64,000 nucleotides of DNA from Mustelus asterias (lineage: Eukaryota), in contig NC_135803.1 in assembly GCF_964213995.1 (NCBI RefSeq), positions 37,510,001 through 37,574,000 on the forward strand, in the 5' to 3' direction. Position 1 is the stretch's first letter. Each line of letters opens with the position of its first letter. The notes under the pieces are model-generated. The model saw only the letters and a program-made list of their open reading frames with translations. It searched no databases and was not told the origin of the DNA. A program made the position numbers and the translations under genes. Below, in pieces: positions 37,283 through 51,134 of the stretch.

Positions 37283-39181
37283 TAGAACCATAGAAAATTG
37301 CAGCTCAGAAACAGGCCTTTTGGCCCTTGTCTGTGCCGAACCATTTTTTGCCTAGTCCCACTGACCTGCACTTGGACCATATCCCTCCACACCCCTCTCA
37401 TCCATGAACGCATCCAAGTTTTTCCTAAATGTTAAAACTTTATCCGGCAGCTCATTCCACACTCCCACCACTCTCTGCGTGAAGAAGCCCCCCTTAATAT
37501 TCCCTTTAAACTTTTCTCCTTTCACCCTTAACCCATGCCCTCTGGTTTTTTTCTCCCCTAGCCTCAGCGGAAAAAGCCTGCTTGCATTCACTCTATCTAT
37601 ACCCATCAAAATCTTATACACCTCTATCAAATCTCCCCTCAATCTTCTACGCTCCAGGGAATAAAGTCCCAACCTATTCAATCTCTCTCTGTAACTCAGC
37701 TTCTCAAGTCCCGGCGACATCCTTGTGAACCTTCTCTGCACTCTTTCAACCTTATTTACATCCTTCCTGTAACTAGGTGACCAAAACTGTACACAATACT
37801 CCAAATTCGGCCTCACCAATGCCTTATATAACCTTACCATAACACTCCAACTTTTATACTCGATACTCCAATTTATAAAGGCCAATGTACCAAAGGCACT
37901 CTTCACGACCCTATCCACCTGTGACGTCACTTTTAGGGAATTCTGTACCTGTATTCCCAGATCCCTCTGTTCAACTGCACTCTTCAGAGTCCTACCATTT
38001 ACCCTGTACGTTCTACTTTGGTTTGTCCTTCCAAAGTGCAATATCTCACACTTGTCTGCGTTAAATTCCATTTGCCATTTTTCAGCCCATTTTTCTAGTT
38101 GGTCCAAATCCCTCTGCAAGCTTTGAAAACCTTCCTCACTGTCCACTACACCTCCAATCTTTGTATCATCAGCAAACTTGCTGATCCAATTTACCACATT
38201 ATCATCCAGATCATTGATATAGATGACAAACAACAATGGACCCAACACCGACCCCTGCGGCACACCACTAGTCACAGGCCTCCACTCAGAGAAGCAATCC
38301 TCCACAACCACTCTCTGACTTCTTCCATTGAGCCAGTGTCTAATTCAATTTACTATCTCCCCATGTATACCTAGCGACTGAACCTTCCTAACTAACCTCC
38401 CATGAGGGACCTTGTCAAAGGCCTTGCTGAAATCCAGGTAGACAACATCCACCGCCTTCCCTTCATCCACTTTCCTGGTAACCTCCTCGAAAAACTCTAA
38501 TAGATTGGTCAAACATGACCTCCCACGCACAAAGCCATGTTGACTCTCCCTAATAAGTCCCTGTCTATCCAAATATTTGTAGATCCTATCCCTTCTCACA
38601 CCTTCCAATAACTTGCCCACCACCGACGTCAAACGTACTGGCCTATAATTTCCCGGATTTCTTTTGGAACCTTTTTTAAACAACGGAACAACATGAGCCA
38701 CCCTCCAATCATCCGGCACCTCCCCCGTGAATACTGACATTTTAAATATGTCTGCCAGGGCCCCTGCAAGTTCAACACTAGCTTCCCTCAAGGTCCGTGG
38801 GAATACCCTGTCCAGTCCTGGGGATTTATCCACTCCGATTTGCCTCAAGACAGCGAGCACCTCCTCCCCTTTAATCTGTAAAGGTTCCATGACCTCCCTA
38901 CCTGTTTGCCCTATTTCCGTAGACTCCATGCCCGTTTCCTCAGTAAATATGGATGCAAAAAAACCATTTAGTATCTCCCCCATTTCTTTTGGTTCCATAC
39001 ACAGTCTACCACTCTGGTCTTCAAGAGGACCAATTTTATCCCTCACTATCCTTTTGCTCCTAACATACCTATAGAAGCTCTTTGGATTTTCCTTCACTCT
39101 GTCTGCCAAAGCAACCTCATGTCTTCTTTTAGCCCTCCTGATTTCCCTCTTAAGTAGCTTCTTGCACTTTTTATACTCCTC
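37283..39181 (-). mobile_element. Young 5'-truncated CR1/HER1 LINE, RT domain with one in-frame stop
   Basis: ORFs 38345-39109 and 37352-38311 are in the same frame; NYRPV, DFSKAFD, GVPQGSVLGP, KFADD. Confidence 0.95.
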
Positions 39182-39840
39182 GATTACAAGCAGAAATGTA
39201 GAAAAAGTTCAGGGCTGTGGAAGAGGGGTGTCACATGATGTAATATTTGTACACAATATGGTGATTTTTGATTTAATATATTTTGAAATGTTATTTGTAT
39301 ATGCTTAATAAGGAGAGTGAAGGATCCTGTTAATGTTATGCAGGTGGGGTAACTGGGAATTCACTGGTACCACTTTAAATAGACTGAGAATGTGCTTTTG
39401 GGTTCGGAAGTGTATGCTTGTAATGTGTAACCATGTAAATAAATGCTTATAAAAACTCCAGTTCGATCTTCCACAACTTTTTTTTTCCTGAAATGTAACA
39501 CCTCCCTCTGTTCTCACCTGGGCAACATTCACCCAAATGGTAAAATTTAACATGGGCAACATCACTGGAGGTGCGTTGGTATTTCTAAATTTAAATGCGT
39601 GTACTGAAAATGAACCAGGTTCAATTGAAGAAATCAAAAGGAAATCAGAGTGAAATTGAAGAATGTGCAGGATTAGGGGGAGAAGGTGGGAGAATGGCAC
39701 AAAGGGAATAGAGCATTCATAAAGGCAGTACAAGCATGATCGGCTGAAAGGCCACCTCCTGCACTGTATTTTGTAATATAGTTGTAACCAGGCATAATTT
39801 GAGGTGCGTTCTAAATGCTTGTTTTTATTTGTTGTTTCAG

Positions 39841-40026
39841 CTGTAATACTTCCAACAATCTGGGCATATCTTCAGACGCTTGATGCAGAACCTTATTTTC
39901 TGGGTCTGGGGCTCTCTGCGTTCAGTTTTAGTGGGCTGATTGCAAGCCCCATCTTTGGACATGTTTCAGATAAAACACAAAGGACAAAGGCCATCATATT
40001 ATTTGCTAATTTATTTGAGATTGCAG
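39841..40026 (+). CDS. MFSD8-like exon 2 (AVILPTIWAYLQ...FANLFEIA)
   Basis: tttcAG/GTAAG, 186 nt, TM1-3 and motif A. Confidence 0.93.
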
Positions 40027-40199
40027 GTAAGTTAACTCTTCCCATCCTTTTTATCCATTGACAGATGTATTAATAATTACAGTGGCTGTTCGGAAGCAGA
40101 GAACAATTCTGGGTAGGATAATGGAGGGGGAGACTAAAGTGCATTGATTGAATAAAGGTAGCAGAGACTTGTGCAGTATTTCACCAGATATTTTAAATG

Positions 40200-41990
40200 T
40201 TTTGCTTCTTTGGTATCCTGGTACCAAAGAAAAGCCAGGCAGCATGCCTTAATGACTATCGTACAGTGGCACTGACATCCATCATTATAAAGTGCTTTGA
40301 AAGGTTAGTCACAGCACGAATCAATTCCGACCTCCCAGCTTGCCTGGATCCACTACAGTTTGCCTATCACCGCAACAAGTCCATAGCAGACACCATCTCC
40401 CAAGCCCTACACTCAAGCCTGGAACACCTAGATAACATAGACACTTATGCCAGACTCCTATTTATTACAACTTAGCCTTCAAAACCATTATCCCTACGAA
40501 ACTCATCTCCAAACTCTGTGGCCTGGGCTCGGCTCCTCCCTTTCCCTAGACTTCCTAACGCACAGACCGCAATCAGTAAGGATAGGCAAAACACCTCCTC
40601 CACGATCATCCTCAACACTGATGCCCCACAAGGCTGTGTCCTCAGCCCCTTACTACATTCCTTATGCACCTATGACTGTGTTGCCAAATTCCCCACCAAC
40701 TCGATTTTCAAGTTTGCTGATGACACCACCATAGTGGGTCGGATCTCAAACAATGACGAGGCGGTGTACAGGAAAGAGAGAATCTGGTGAACTAGTGTGA
40801 TGACAATAATCTCTCCCTCAATGTCAACAAAACAAAGGAGACAGTCGTCGACTTCAAGGAGTGTAGTGGAGGACATGCCCCTGTCTATATCAATGGGGAC
40901 GAAGTATAAATAGTCGAGAGCTTCAAGTTTATATGTGTCTAGAGAACCAACAACCTGTCCTGGTCCCTCCATGCCACGCTATAGATAAGAAAGCCTACCA
41001 ATGCCTCTACTTTCTCAGGAGACTAAGGAAATTTGGCATGTCCACTACGACTCTCTCCAACTTAGATTTGATTTGATGTTTTTGATTTGAATTTGATTTG
41101 ATTTATTATTGTCACATGAATTAGAATGCAGTGAAAAGTATTATTTCTTGCATGCTATACAGACAAAGCCTACCGTTCGCAGAGAAGGAAAAGAGTGCAA
41201 AATGTAGTGTCGTAGCTAGGGTGTAGAGAAAGATCAACTTAGTATGAAGTAGGTCCATTCAAAAGTCTGACAGCAGCAGGGAAGAAGCTGTTCATGAGTC
41301 GGTTGGTATGTGACCTCAGACTTTTGTATCTTTTTCCTGACGGAAGAAGGTAGAAGAGAGAATGTTCGGGGTGTGTGGGGTCCTTAATTATGCTGGCTGC
41401 TTTTCCGAGTCAGCCGGGAAGTGTAGACAGAGTCAATGGATGGGAGGCTGGTTTATGTGATGGATTGGGCTTCATTCACGACCCTTTGTAGTTTCTTGCT
41501 GTCTTGGGCAGAGCAGGAGCCATGCCAAGCTGATACAACCAGAAAGAATGCTTTCTATGGTGCATCTGTAAGAGTTGGTGAGAGTCATAGCTGACGTGCC
41601 AAATTTTCTTAGTCTTCCTGAGAAAGTAGAGGTGTTGGTGGGCTTTCTTAACTATAGTGTTGGCACGAGGGGATCTGGACACTTAAAAACCTGAAGCTCT
41701 CTTTACGTCTTTACCCCACGCATCCCGGCCATAATCTCTTCCACCTTCTTCCATCGGGAAAAAGATACAAAAGTCTGAGTGCACGTATCAACCGGCTCAA
41801 GAACAGCTTCTTCCCTGCTACCATCAGACTTTTGAATGGACCTACCTTGCATTAAGTTGATTTTTCTCTACACCCTAGCTATGACTGTAACACTACATTC
41901 TGCACTCTCTCCTTCTCTATGTGCGGTATGCTTTGTATAGTGCGCAAGAAACAATCCTTTTCACAATATACTAGTACATGTGACAAATCA
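40200..41990 (+). mobile_element. Rex1/Babar-type LINE (+) with a nested inverted copy of the same family
   Basis: [21 protein letters not shown] on the + strand; 3' end resumes at about 41710. Confidence 0.88.
41065..41700 (-). mobile_element. Rex1-type 3' fragment (inverted) with (CAAAT)n tail
   Basis: ATTTG repeats at 41066-41104, then the reverse complement of the Rex1 3' region. Confidence 0.85.
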
Positions 41991-42613
41991 AATTTTATCC
42001 CATCTCTAACCAATTAGTGCACCAGTAACTTGTAGAACGGATATTTCATACTGTATCAGTTGTAATGTTCAAAAAGTACACAATAGAAAACTTAAAGATG
42101 TGGAATTGCTGGGGAAGAAGGAAAATCAGATCAAGTGGCTGATTTTTAACACATGGGTGGGTTGGGGTCAGGTCATATGCTCACATTACACTTCCAGATT
42201 TTCTATGGCGGGAATTTAAATATTTTAATGAAGCTTGCAGCCTCTTTCTTCAATGTGTTTTGGAGGTTTACACTGGGTGTCTGGGTTTAGCAGGTCTCAG
42301 GAAACCCGACAGCTGAAGTGATTTGAGCGCAGCTTCGGGGAATAGTAAATGTTTTCATAGTACTGCTTGTGGAACAGGAGGAATAGGAGTGCTACTCTGG
42401 TCCCAAGCTCCTTCCCCTCAATCAGACCCCCGTCCTTCTCCAGACAGTGGCCCTTGGGATGGGGAGCTCCTCATGATTGTGGATCAGGCCTATTGGTTCT
42501 GTGACCTGCTTTGGAGTGTTCCCTGCGTGACTGAAGGCACTCTTGTCAATCAAGATGATATCCAGGCAGGGAAACACATTGGAGCCAACGGGGACATACT
42601 TGAGTCCGTAGTT

Positions 42614-42865
42614 TAAAGTTTATTTATTTATTAGTCACAAGTGGGCTTACATTAACACTGCAATGAAGTTACTGTGAAAATCCCCTGTGTCACCACACTC
42701 CGGTGCCTGTTCGGGTACACTGAGGGAAAATTTAGCACCTAACCAGCCCGTCTTCCTGACTGTGGGAGGAAACTGGAGCACCCGGAGGAAACCCATGCAG
42801 ATACAGGGAGAACGTGCAAACTTCACACAGACAGTGACCCAAACCGGGAATCGAACCTGGGTCTA
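42614..42865 (-). mobile_element. SINE, tail B
   Basis: Same family as 2421. Confidence 0.85.
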
Positions 42866-43309
42866 TGGGGATATCGGAATTTGAAACAACTTCTGCCCAA
42901 ATAGCCTGTTGTTGAATCCAGGCTTTTTGATACTGATGAAAGATCATCCATGTGAATCGTTTGCTCAGTTTCCCTCTCCATGAATGCTGCCAGACATGTT
43001 GAGTATTTCCAATATTTTCTGTTTTGATTTATACCAAAAATGTACGTAGGGTCAGTTAATAACTGAAAGAGAATGACTTGTCAACAATTAAGGTTGATGC
43101 CCTTCAATGGAACAGACATAGTATAGTGTGACCTGATGCTGACAGTGTGAAACAATCCCATTTTAAAAAAATCTGTCATTTTGGCTTTCCAAAGCTGACT
43201 TACCTTGTGTGTACCTGTAGTATTTTCTTACCTTTCTATGAAGAGTAATTTGATGAATTGTAACAAAGACAAAATATTATGGAATTAATTAATCAACTTT
43301 TGTTTTTAG

Positions 43310-43372
43310 GAAACTTTATGTACTTCATGGGATATTCAAAATGGTTACTACTTGGTAGTCGGCTAGTAGCAG
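43310..43372 (+). CDS. MFSD8-like exon 3 (GNFMYFMGYSKWLLLGSRLVA)
   Basis: ttttAG/GTAAG; R-x-x-x-G motif B of TM4. Confidence 0.92.
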
Positions 43373-44009
43373 GTAAGCTGAATTATCACAGCTGTATTAT
43401 TGTCGAGAAAAACTTTCTTTCACCTTTCTTCACTATCTTGATTTGTTTTATTAGATATAGGGTCACTATTATATAAAAGCAATTTCAATGTCATTGTGAA
43501 GTGAGTAAAATTTGAGATTCTGCATACAGATTTATTTGAAGTAAGTTAGTGATGTATGTCTTCATCTCTTACATCTCTTACCATTTTTTGTAAAGTGAAG
43601 TATATTATTGCAATATCATTAATTTGGAAGGAAAATGATAAAACACTGTCATGTTTAAGAAAGTAGATAGAAAATGCACAGATCACAGGATCCACTTACT
43701 ATAAAATAATTAATTTGGAAATGTGTATAATGTTGACTCTTTACATCTGCCATATCTGGATGTAGTGAACTTGATAAACAATAACTACAGAGAGTTCCTC
43801 TAGCAATACTGGGTCATTTTTAATTACAAAATTGTTTCAAGAAGAAATTCTACATAATTACGCAGGGAAGGTACTTTATAAGATAACAGTCAAACAACTG
43901 AATGTAATGTCCATATTGTCATTGGGGATGTCCTTTTGGAGGCACCTCCTGGATCTTCTCATTTTTTGGAGACAATACCCTTTACGATGGTATTGTGAAA
44001 GTTACACAT

Positions 44010-44760
44010 GAGCACTCGAATTAGGAGCAGGCATAGTCTGCTTGACCCTTCGAGCCTCCTCCACCATTTAGCAAGATCTTGCTTGATCTGATTGTGACCT
44101 CAACTCCACATCCCCACCTACCCCAATAACCTTTCACCCCCTTGCTTTTCAAGAATCTATCTCACGCTGCCTTAAAAATATTCAAAGACTCTACTTCCAC
44201 CACCTTTTGAGGAACAAGAGTTCAAAGACCTCCACAGAAAAAAAAAGTTCTCCTTACGTTTTAAATGGGCGATCCATTTTTTAAACACTGACCCCTAGTT
44301 CGAGATTCTCCCACAAGAGGAAACATCCTTTCCACATCCACCCTTCAGGATCAAAGGTTTCAATCAAGTCACTTCTTACTCTTTTGAACTCCAGTGGATA
44401 CAAGCTTACCCTGTCCAACCTTTCCTCACAAGACAACCCACCCATTCATTGTATTATTGTAATAAACATTCCCTGAATTGCTTCAATGCATTTACATCCT
44501 TCCTTAAATATGAAGACCAATACTGTAAGCAGTGCCCCTGATGTGGTCTCACCAATGCCCTGTATAACTGAAGCAAAACCTCTACTTTTGTATTCAATTC
44601 CCCTCGCAATAAACGATAACATTCTAATACCTTCCTAATAACTTGCTGTACCAGCATTCCAACCTCTTGTGATTCATGCACCAGGACACGCAAACACCTC
44701 TTCATCTCAGAACTCTGCAATCCCTCACCATTTGGATAATCCGCTTTTTTATTCTTCCTG
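44010..44760 (-). mobile_element. Degenerate CR1 LINE 3' fragment
   Basis: LYRALVRPH..CLQYWSSYLRKDV on the minus strand. Confidence 0.8.
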
Positions 44761-45221
44761 CACACCCCCTGCCCTCGACGACCCGGGGGCCTCAGTGACC
44801 TCTGGTCCTATCCGTGACACCATCACATCAAGGCCCCCTTGATGGGGACCGTAGATGGTCCTTGCCGGTGAGGACCTTCACCAGCAAGACCGTTAAGGCA
44901 AGTGACCTTGGAGGATTGCATCCCAGGCTCACTAATTCTATTTAAATTCTTATTTGAATATTTAAACCAGACTCGCGCCCTTCCTGAGGTGAGAAACCAG
45001 GCGTGCACTTGATTTTGCACCTCTGGCGTGATCTTATCAGCTCACCGTGCCTATTGACCAGTGTGACGAGCTGGTAAGATTGTCCCTGCTGAGTTTGTCA
45101 GTGTTAAATAGAAGAATGAAAGGAGAAGGCTGGGCTGATCCAGATCCTTAAGAATATGAAGAAGTTCAACGTGGAGAAATGGTTTATCACAATTTCATTA
45201 ATAACAATAATAATAATAATA

Positions 45222-45442
45222 ACCGGGTGCTCCGGTTTCCTCCCACAGTCCAAAGATGTGCGGGTTAGGTTGATTGGCCATGCTAAAAATTGCTCCTTCG
45301 AGTCCTGAGATGCGTAGGTTAGAGGGATTAGCAGGTAAATATGTAGGGATATGGGGGTAGGGCTTGGGTGGGATTGTGGTCGGTGCAGACTCGATGGGCC
45401 AAATGGCCTCTTTCTGCACTGTAGGGTTTCTATGATTTCTAT
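45222..45442 (+). mobile_element. 5'-truncated SINE, tail A, preceded by (TAA)n
   Basis: Near-identical to 11190-11404. Confidence 0.85.
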
Positions 45443-46225
45443 AATGAAGGGCCATGGAATAATATTTAATAGGGAAAATAATGAACAGATCGCATTTTTA
45501 AATATTTCACAAAATAGTTGATGAATGAGCAGTTCACCCCAAGCAGTGAGGCAATTGAAACTGCTAATCTCAGTAATTTTGAAAGGGTGTTGAAAGACAA
45601 TTTGCAGTAGGATATGGGTCGTAAACTGTGCAATTGGTTGCTGAACTCCAGCAATCCAGACGGATTGAAAGGAGGTCTTTACTGGTCTTGCACATGTCTA
45701 TATTGATAATGGTATACCGAATAGAATCAAATTGTTTTGGTCCACCATTCAAGTTTGTGTAGTCTTGTTCTTCAAAGGAGCAATCAGGTTTATTACCACA
45801 ATTCTGCTTGCTTTCCATGTCCTTCAGCATTTCTCTTCAACAAACTATCTGATTCTCTTTTAAAACAGTCCAAAGGTCTGCTTTAGCAGTAGGTTGTGAA
45901 AGAGGATTTGGAATTCAGAACCTTTATGTAAATGATTTTTTTCCTGACCGTGCTCTTTTTCTTTCTTCAGTAGAAGAAATCGTGTAATTGCTGTTCACGG
46001 GCAAAATAAAGCACCCTAACTTTTCAAGCCAAAATAAAAGTAATCTTCACTGTGAAATGCTGTCAATGTCAAATAACTGTGCAAAAGACTGATTGTTGAT
46101 GTCTGCCACTCATAATTTCTTATCTCTATTTGGCAAGACTCATTCACTTATTAAAGGTTGGCTGCAGAAAATTGTGCTTTAACTATCTTGCTAATCTCCT
46201 GAAAAAACGTATAATTTCTTTACAG

Positions 46226-46345
46226 GTATAGGTACAGGAGCTGGTGCATGCATTTTTGGATACCTTACTCGTTCTACCACAACAGAGGAACGGGCTACAG
46301 TATTTGCTGTTGTCATGGCTGCACGACAGGCTGGGCTGCTGATTG
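46226..46345 (+). CDS. MFSD8-like exon 4 (GIGTGAGACIFGYLTRSTTTEERATVFAVVMAARQAGLLI)
   Basis: tacAG/GTAAG, 120 nt. Confidence 0.93.
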
Positions 46346-46654
46346 GTAAGTGTTAATGGTTAGTGGTAATGCAAAGCTATGGAATGCCTTGTACCTATAC
46401 ATATATAAACATATGAATTAGGTGCAGCAGTAGTCTACTCGGTCTCTGTATCCTGCTCCACAATTCAATAAGATCATGGCTGATCTGATTTAAACCTCAA
46501 CCTCTCATTCCTGCCTGCCCCCCGCCCCCCCCCCCCCATAACCTTTCACCCCCTTGTTTATTAAGTATCTATCTAGTACCATTTCAATGACAATGTTGAG
46601 CTGCCTTAATCAGAGACACAAGTAATGAGTGAACTATTTCAGTGGTCTTGCTAC

Positions 46655-47466
46655 ATGAGTGGAATTCGCCCAAAATAAAAAGTGTCATAACGGCAAGAAT
46701 AATGGAGTGATCCATGCCGGTTTCTCAGGCAGGCTCCACACCACAGTTCTCCCTTAGTCATGTTTTTGGACAGTTGGAAATTTCGCGCCAGTACTGGAGA
46801 AGGTGGCAGGACCTAAATATGCCACTGTGTCCGGCTTCAAAGTGCTCAGGCGCCGTTTCGCAAGGCGTCCCGATCGCACAGTGCAATGTATGTTTCCCCA
46901 ACCCAACGCAAGTCATTGGCATCGGGTCCTCCCTCCCAATGGGTCAACATTCCTGACCCTTGATATGTCCCCTGACATGATCTACCTCTGCATGACTCCC
47001 TCTGCATACCTCCCCACCATATTCCCCACTCAGGCTCCACTTCTCTGGCACTAGCACATTGGCGGTGCCCAAATGGCACAGCCAGTGTCTGGTGGGCTCC
47101 GGAGTGCCCGATGGGCACTGTCAAGCCATGCCCTCGACCATCCGGGGTCTTCAATGGTCTCCGAGAACCCCCCCCCCCCGACATTACCATTGTGTCAGGT
47201 CTCCAGTGGTGTAGACCAGTTGTAATTCTCACCGTTATCGCGTTGCGCTCGAAGGTCGGAGACTTCCGTGTGTTGGGGTTTGAACAGCCTATGCATATTT
47301 AAAGGCTCATTTCTGAGCGCGATCCAGTTCACACCATTGGAAAGGGTTGGGAGACTTGCAAACTGTTTGGCGCTGGGCGCGAAACCGATTTTTAAGCCAG
47401 CGCACTATTCTCCAGGATCGGCGCGACCTGCGTCAGGCGCGGCAAGGTTGGAAGAATCACCCCCCC
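46655..47466. mobile_element. Non-autonomous TIR element related to 54457
   Basis: Ends GAATTCGCCCAAAA.. / ..GAAGAATCACCCCC; shares GGTGCC/GGCAC motifs. Confidence 0.5.
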
Positions 47467-48422
47467 ATATTTATCCAGGTCTTAGATGTGCACCCTTCTC
47501 CAATAGAGTGCAGTTTTGATACTTTTGTCATAGTTAGTTATGCTCCACAGTCAAAATGGCTAAAAATGTACTTTGAAAAATCATTTTTTGAACTACAAAG
47601 TCAACTGTACAATTCATGATTCAGCGTTATTTTAATCAAACCTTTGAATTAGTACGGCAGAAACAAGCATTATTTGAATTACCTGAGTACCAAGGAGGAT
47701 TTAAATAAAAACACCTGATACACATTGCAATGTAATACGGTGGAGCAACAAGCAAGATCAAATGACTGTCAATTAACTGATTCGAGCAACTTATTTAGCA
47801 TCTATCTGAGTGCAGTATCTTGGAACCACTACCAGATGGCACTATAGTTCTATTTACTGGGGCACAGCCAAAATCTCAGTAAAGAATAAATAATTAATAC
47901 TAATTAAAGGATGCGATATCCTTTCAAAAGAAGCTAACATTATTAATGAATCAGTAATCTTCCAACTCTCCCTAATTGAATGGCACTCATCGCTCTGCTG
48001 GATCGTTGTCTGCCATTTGAACAAAAGCATATAATCCACCTTGGCTATACCTGAGCTTTCTTCTCTTTAAATTCACTCCATTGCTCTGTTACAGTTTTGC
48101 TTGACAATTTTTGATCCCAATTTATCTGGGTCAGATCTGTTCTCACCCAGTTGAAGTCGTGCATACGCCAGTTAAATATTTCAAACACTGGATTGCTCCT
48201 TGTCCTTTTCCATAGCTAACCTAAACCTTTGATCACTGTCCTGTAAATGTTCCCCTACTGATACTTGATCCATCGGTTACCCTCAACTGGATCTAGTAAT
48301 GCCTCGTCCAGCCGGAGAAGTAACTGATCTATTCATCTGAGTCCACTTCTCTCCTTGCCCTTTACACAATTGCTACCCAAGTTTATATTAAGACAATTAA
48401 AATCCTTAGTTATAACTAGTGG

Positions 48423-49912
48423 CACTTGCTCAGTAATAACTTGCTCATGGATGCTCAGTTTGAGTTCTGCCGGAGCCACTCAGCTGCTAATCTCGTTACA
48501 GCCTTGGTTCAAACATGGACAAAAGAGCTGAACTTTAGAGGTGAGGTGAGAGTAACTGTCCTTGGCATCAAGGCAGCATTTGTGAGTTTGGCATCTTGGA
48601 GCGCAGGCAAAACTGGAGTCAATGAAAATTGAGGGGAAAACTCTCTGCTGGTTTGAGTCATACCTAGTAAAAAGGAAGATAGTTGTGATTATAGGAGGCC
48701 AGTTAATTAAGCCCCATAACATCACTGCAGGAGTTCCTCAGGGCAGTGTCCTAGGCCCAACACATACAGCTGCTTCAACGACGACCTTCTCTCCAACATA
48801 AGGTGATATATGGGACTGCCCACTGTAATGTTCAACACCATTCACAACTTTTCAGATAATGAAGTGGTCCATACCTGCATGATGTGGGATTTGGAGGTCA
48901 ATCATCTTAGCTACAGGACATCACTGCAGGAGTTCCTCAGGGGATTGTCCTCTGCCTAACCATTTCAGCTACGTCATCAATTACCTTCCTTCCATCATAA
49001 GGTCAGAAGTGGGGATGTTTGCTGATTGCACAATCATCAGCGAACATCCCCACAATGTTTAGCACCATTCAAGACTCCTCAGGTACAGAAGCAGTAATTG
49101 CAGCAAGACCTGGACAATATCCAGGCTTGGGCTGACAAGTGGCAAGTAACATTTGCCCACACAAGTGCCAAGCATTGACCATCTCTAACAAAAGAGAATC
49201 TAACCATTGCCCCTAGACATTCAATGGCATTACCATCACTGAATCCCCCACTGTCAACATCCTGGATGTTACCATTTACAAGAAACTGAACTGGACCAGC
49301 CATATAAATACTGTGGCTACAAGAACAGGTCAGAGGCTAGGTATCCTGCAGTGAGTAACTCTCCTCCTGATGCCCCAAAGCCTGTCCACAATCTATAAGG
49401 GACAAGTCAGGAACATGATATAATATTCTCCCCTTGCTTGGATGGGTGCAGCTCCAACAACATTCAAGAAGCTTGACACCATCCAGGACAAAACAGCCCG
49501 CTTGATTTCTACCTTTCACAAACACTCACTCCCTCCACAACCGATGCACGGTAGCACCAGTGTGTAACATCTACAAGTTGCACTCCAAGAACTCAGCAAC
49601 GCTCCTTAGAGAGCACCTTCAAACCCAATGCTATCTAGACCCAAATGCAGCAGATACATGGGAACACCATCACCTGGAAATTCCCCTCCCAGCTGCTCAC
49701 CATCCAGACTTGGAAATATATCGCTGTTCCTTCACTGTTGTTCGGTTAAAATCCTGGAAATCCCTCTCTGACTGTTGTGGCTGTACCTACACAATATAGA
49801 TGGCAGCAGTTCAAGAAGGCAGCTCACCACCATCTTCTCGAGCGCAATTGGGGATGGGCAATTAATGTTGGCCTAGCCAGCGAAGCCCACATTCCTTGAA
49901 TGATTAAAAAAA
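48423..49912 (+). mobile_element. Second CR1/L2-group LINE, RT to 3' end, with internal tandem duplication
   Basis: GVPQGSVLGP-like block at 48720 and again at 48920; MFAD; ends GAATGATTAAAAAA. Confidence 0.8.
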
Positions 49913-51054
49913 GTATAATTCTTGCATCTATCTACCATTTGATTGCAAATTTGATCCCTTTTATCTTTCCTGCTGGAAGCCTATAGAATACCTACTCGAG
50001 TTTGTCTATTGTTTCTTGGCTCAAACAAAATAGGTTTAGAGCTTGAACATCCTGTTCCTCCAGCACTATAACAGTTTCCGTAACCAGTGCTACTACCCCT
50101 CTTCCTTTCTTTACTGATCACATTGTAGCCAGTAATACTTCGTACCCACTCCTGTCCCTTGTTTTTTGAGCCTTGCCTCTATTATCTCCATGACATTATA
50201 GCATGATACTTTAAACTCAGGACAGCATTTTTCCATCTTCCAAACCTGGTCACCTATAGGGTAAGAATTGATGCTTTAATTTTGATTGAACGTTCTGCAG
50301 TTTGTTTTTTCTCTCCGACCCAGAATGTGTTTCCTGGTCCCACATGTCCACTGTTCTTGCATTCACTTTGTTCTGTCTCTGTCGTCTCCTTTTTTGATCA
50401 TGGTCATGCCTGGGCTATCTTTTTCTTAGAATCATCATTATAGTACTGAAGGAGGCCATGTAGTTTGTCACTTCTGTAGAAGACTTGCATTGCTTGGTGC
50501 TGATAGTGGATAACACCAACTGAAAATAGTGGTTAAATTCTAAATTATTTCGATCATCTTTCAGAACTAATCTTGAATGTAATAATTTGCATATGTTAAA
50601 ATTTATTTTTTCCTTGATTGATTTTGTTTAAAAATTGGGTAGTAATTCCTTAAGAAAATGAAACGTGTTACTTGAAACTAACTTGTTTCAGTATGAGCTT
50701 AATGGAAACATAAGAAATAGGACTAGTAGACCATTCAGCCCCTCAAGCCTGCTCTGCTATTCAGTCTAATTATGGCTGATCTTCTGCCTCAACTCCACTT
50801 TCCTGACTGCTCCCAATAACCCTTGATTCCCAAAAATCTGTCCATCGCAGCTTTGATGGAACATGCGCAACCTTCTAGGGTAGGGAATTCCAAAGATCCA
50901 CATTTCTGAGTGCAAAACTTTCTCATCTCTTTATATCTTGTGCTCAGTAATGATACTTCTGCCTCCAGTGGGCATTTTTAAATCTTCAGCACTGTTCATG
51001 ACTGCTCCACCAATTTTTAAAAATTAGCTAGAATTTTTAATGTGTCTCCTTTAG

Positions 51055-51134
51055 GACCAGGATTTAACCTGTTCCTGAGACTTTGCAACTTCAACCTAGG
51101 ACCATTTAAAGTGAATAAATACACATCACCTGGG
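51055..51134 (+). CDS. MFSD8-like exon 5 (GPGFNLFLRLCNFNLGPFKVNKYTSPG)
   Basis: tttAG/GTAAG; NxYTxP motif as in MFSD8. Confidence 0.92.

Noticed and set aside
39305-39733. 142-aa minus-strand ORF (and the similar 21189-21623, 27822-28349, 58820-59239) as nested genes
   Set aside because: No recognisable motifs; composition is consistent with chance ORFs in AT-rich or repeat DNA.
48700-49075. Direct repeat of about 120 bp
   Set aside because: An internal duplication within a dead LINE RT; no evidence of function.
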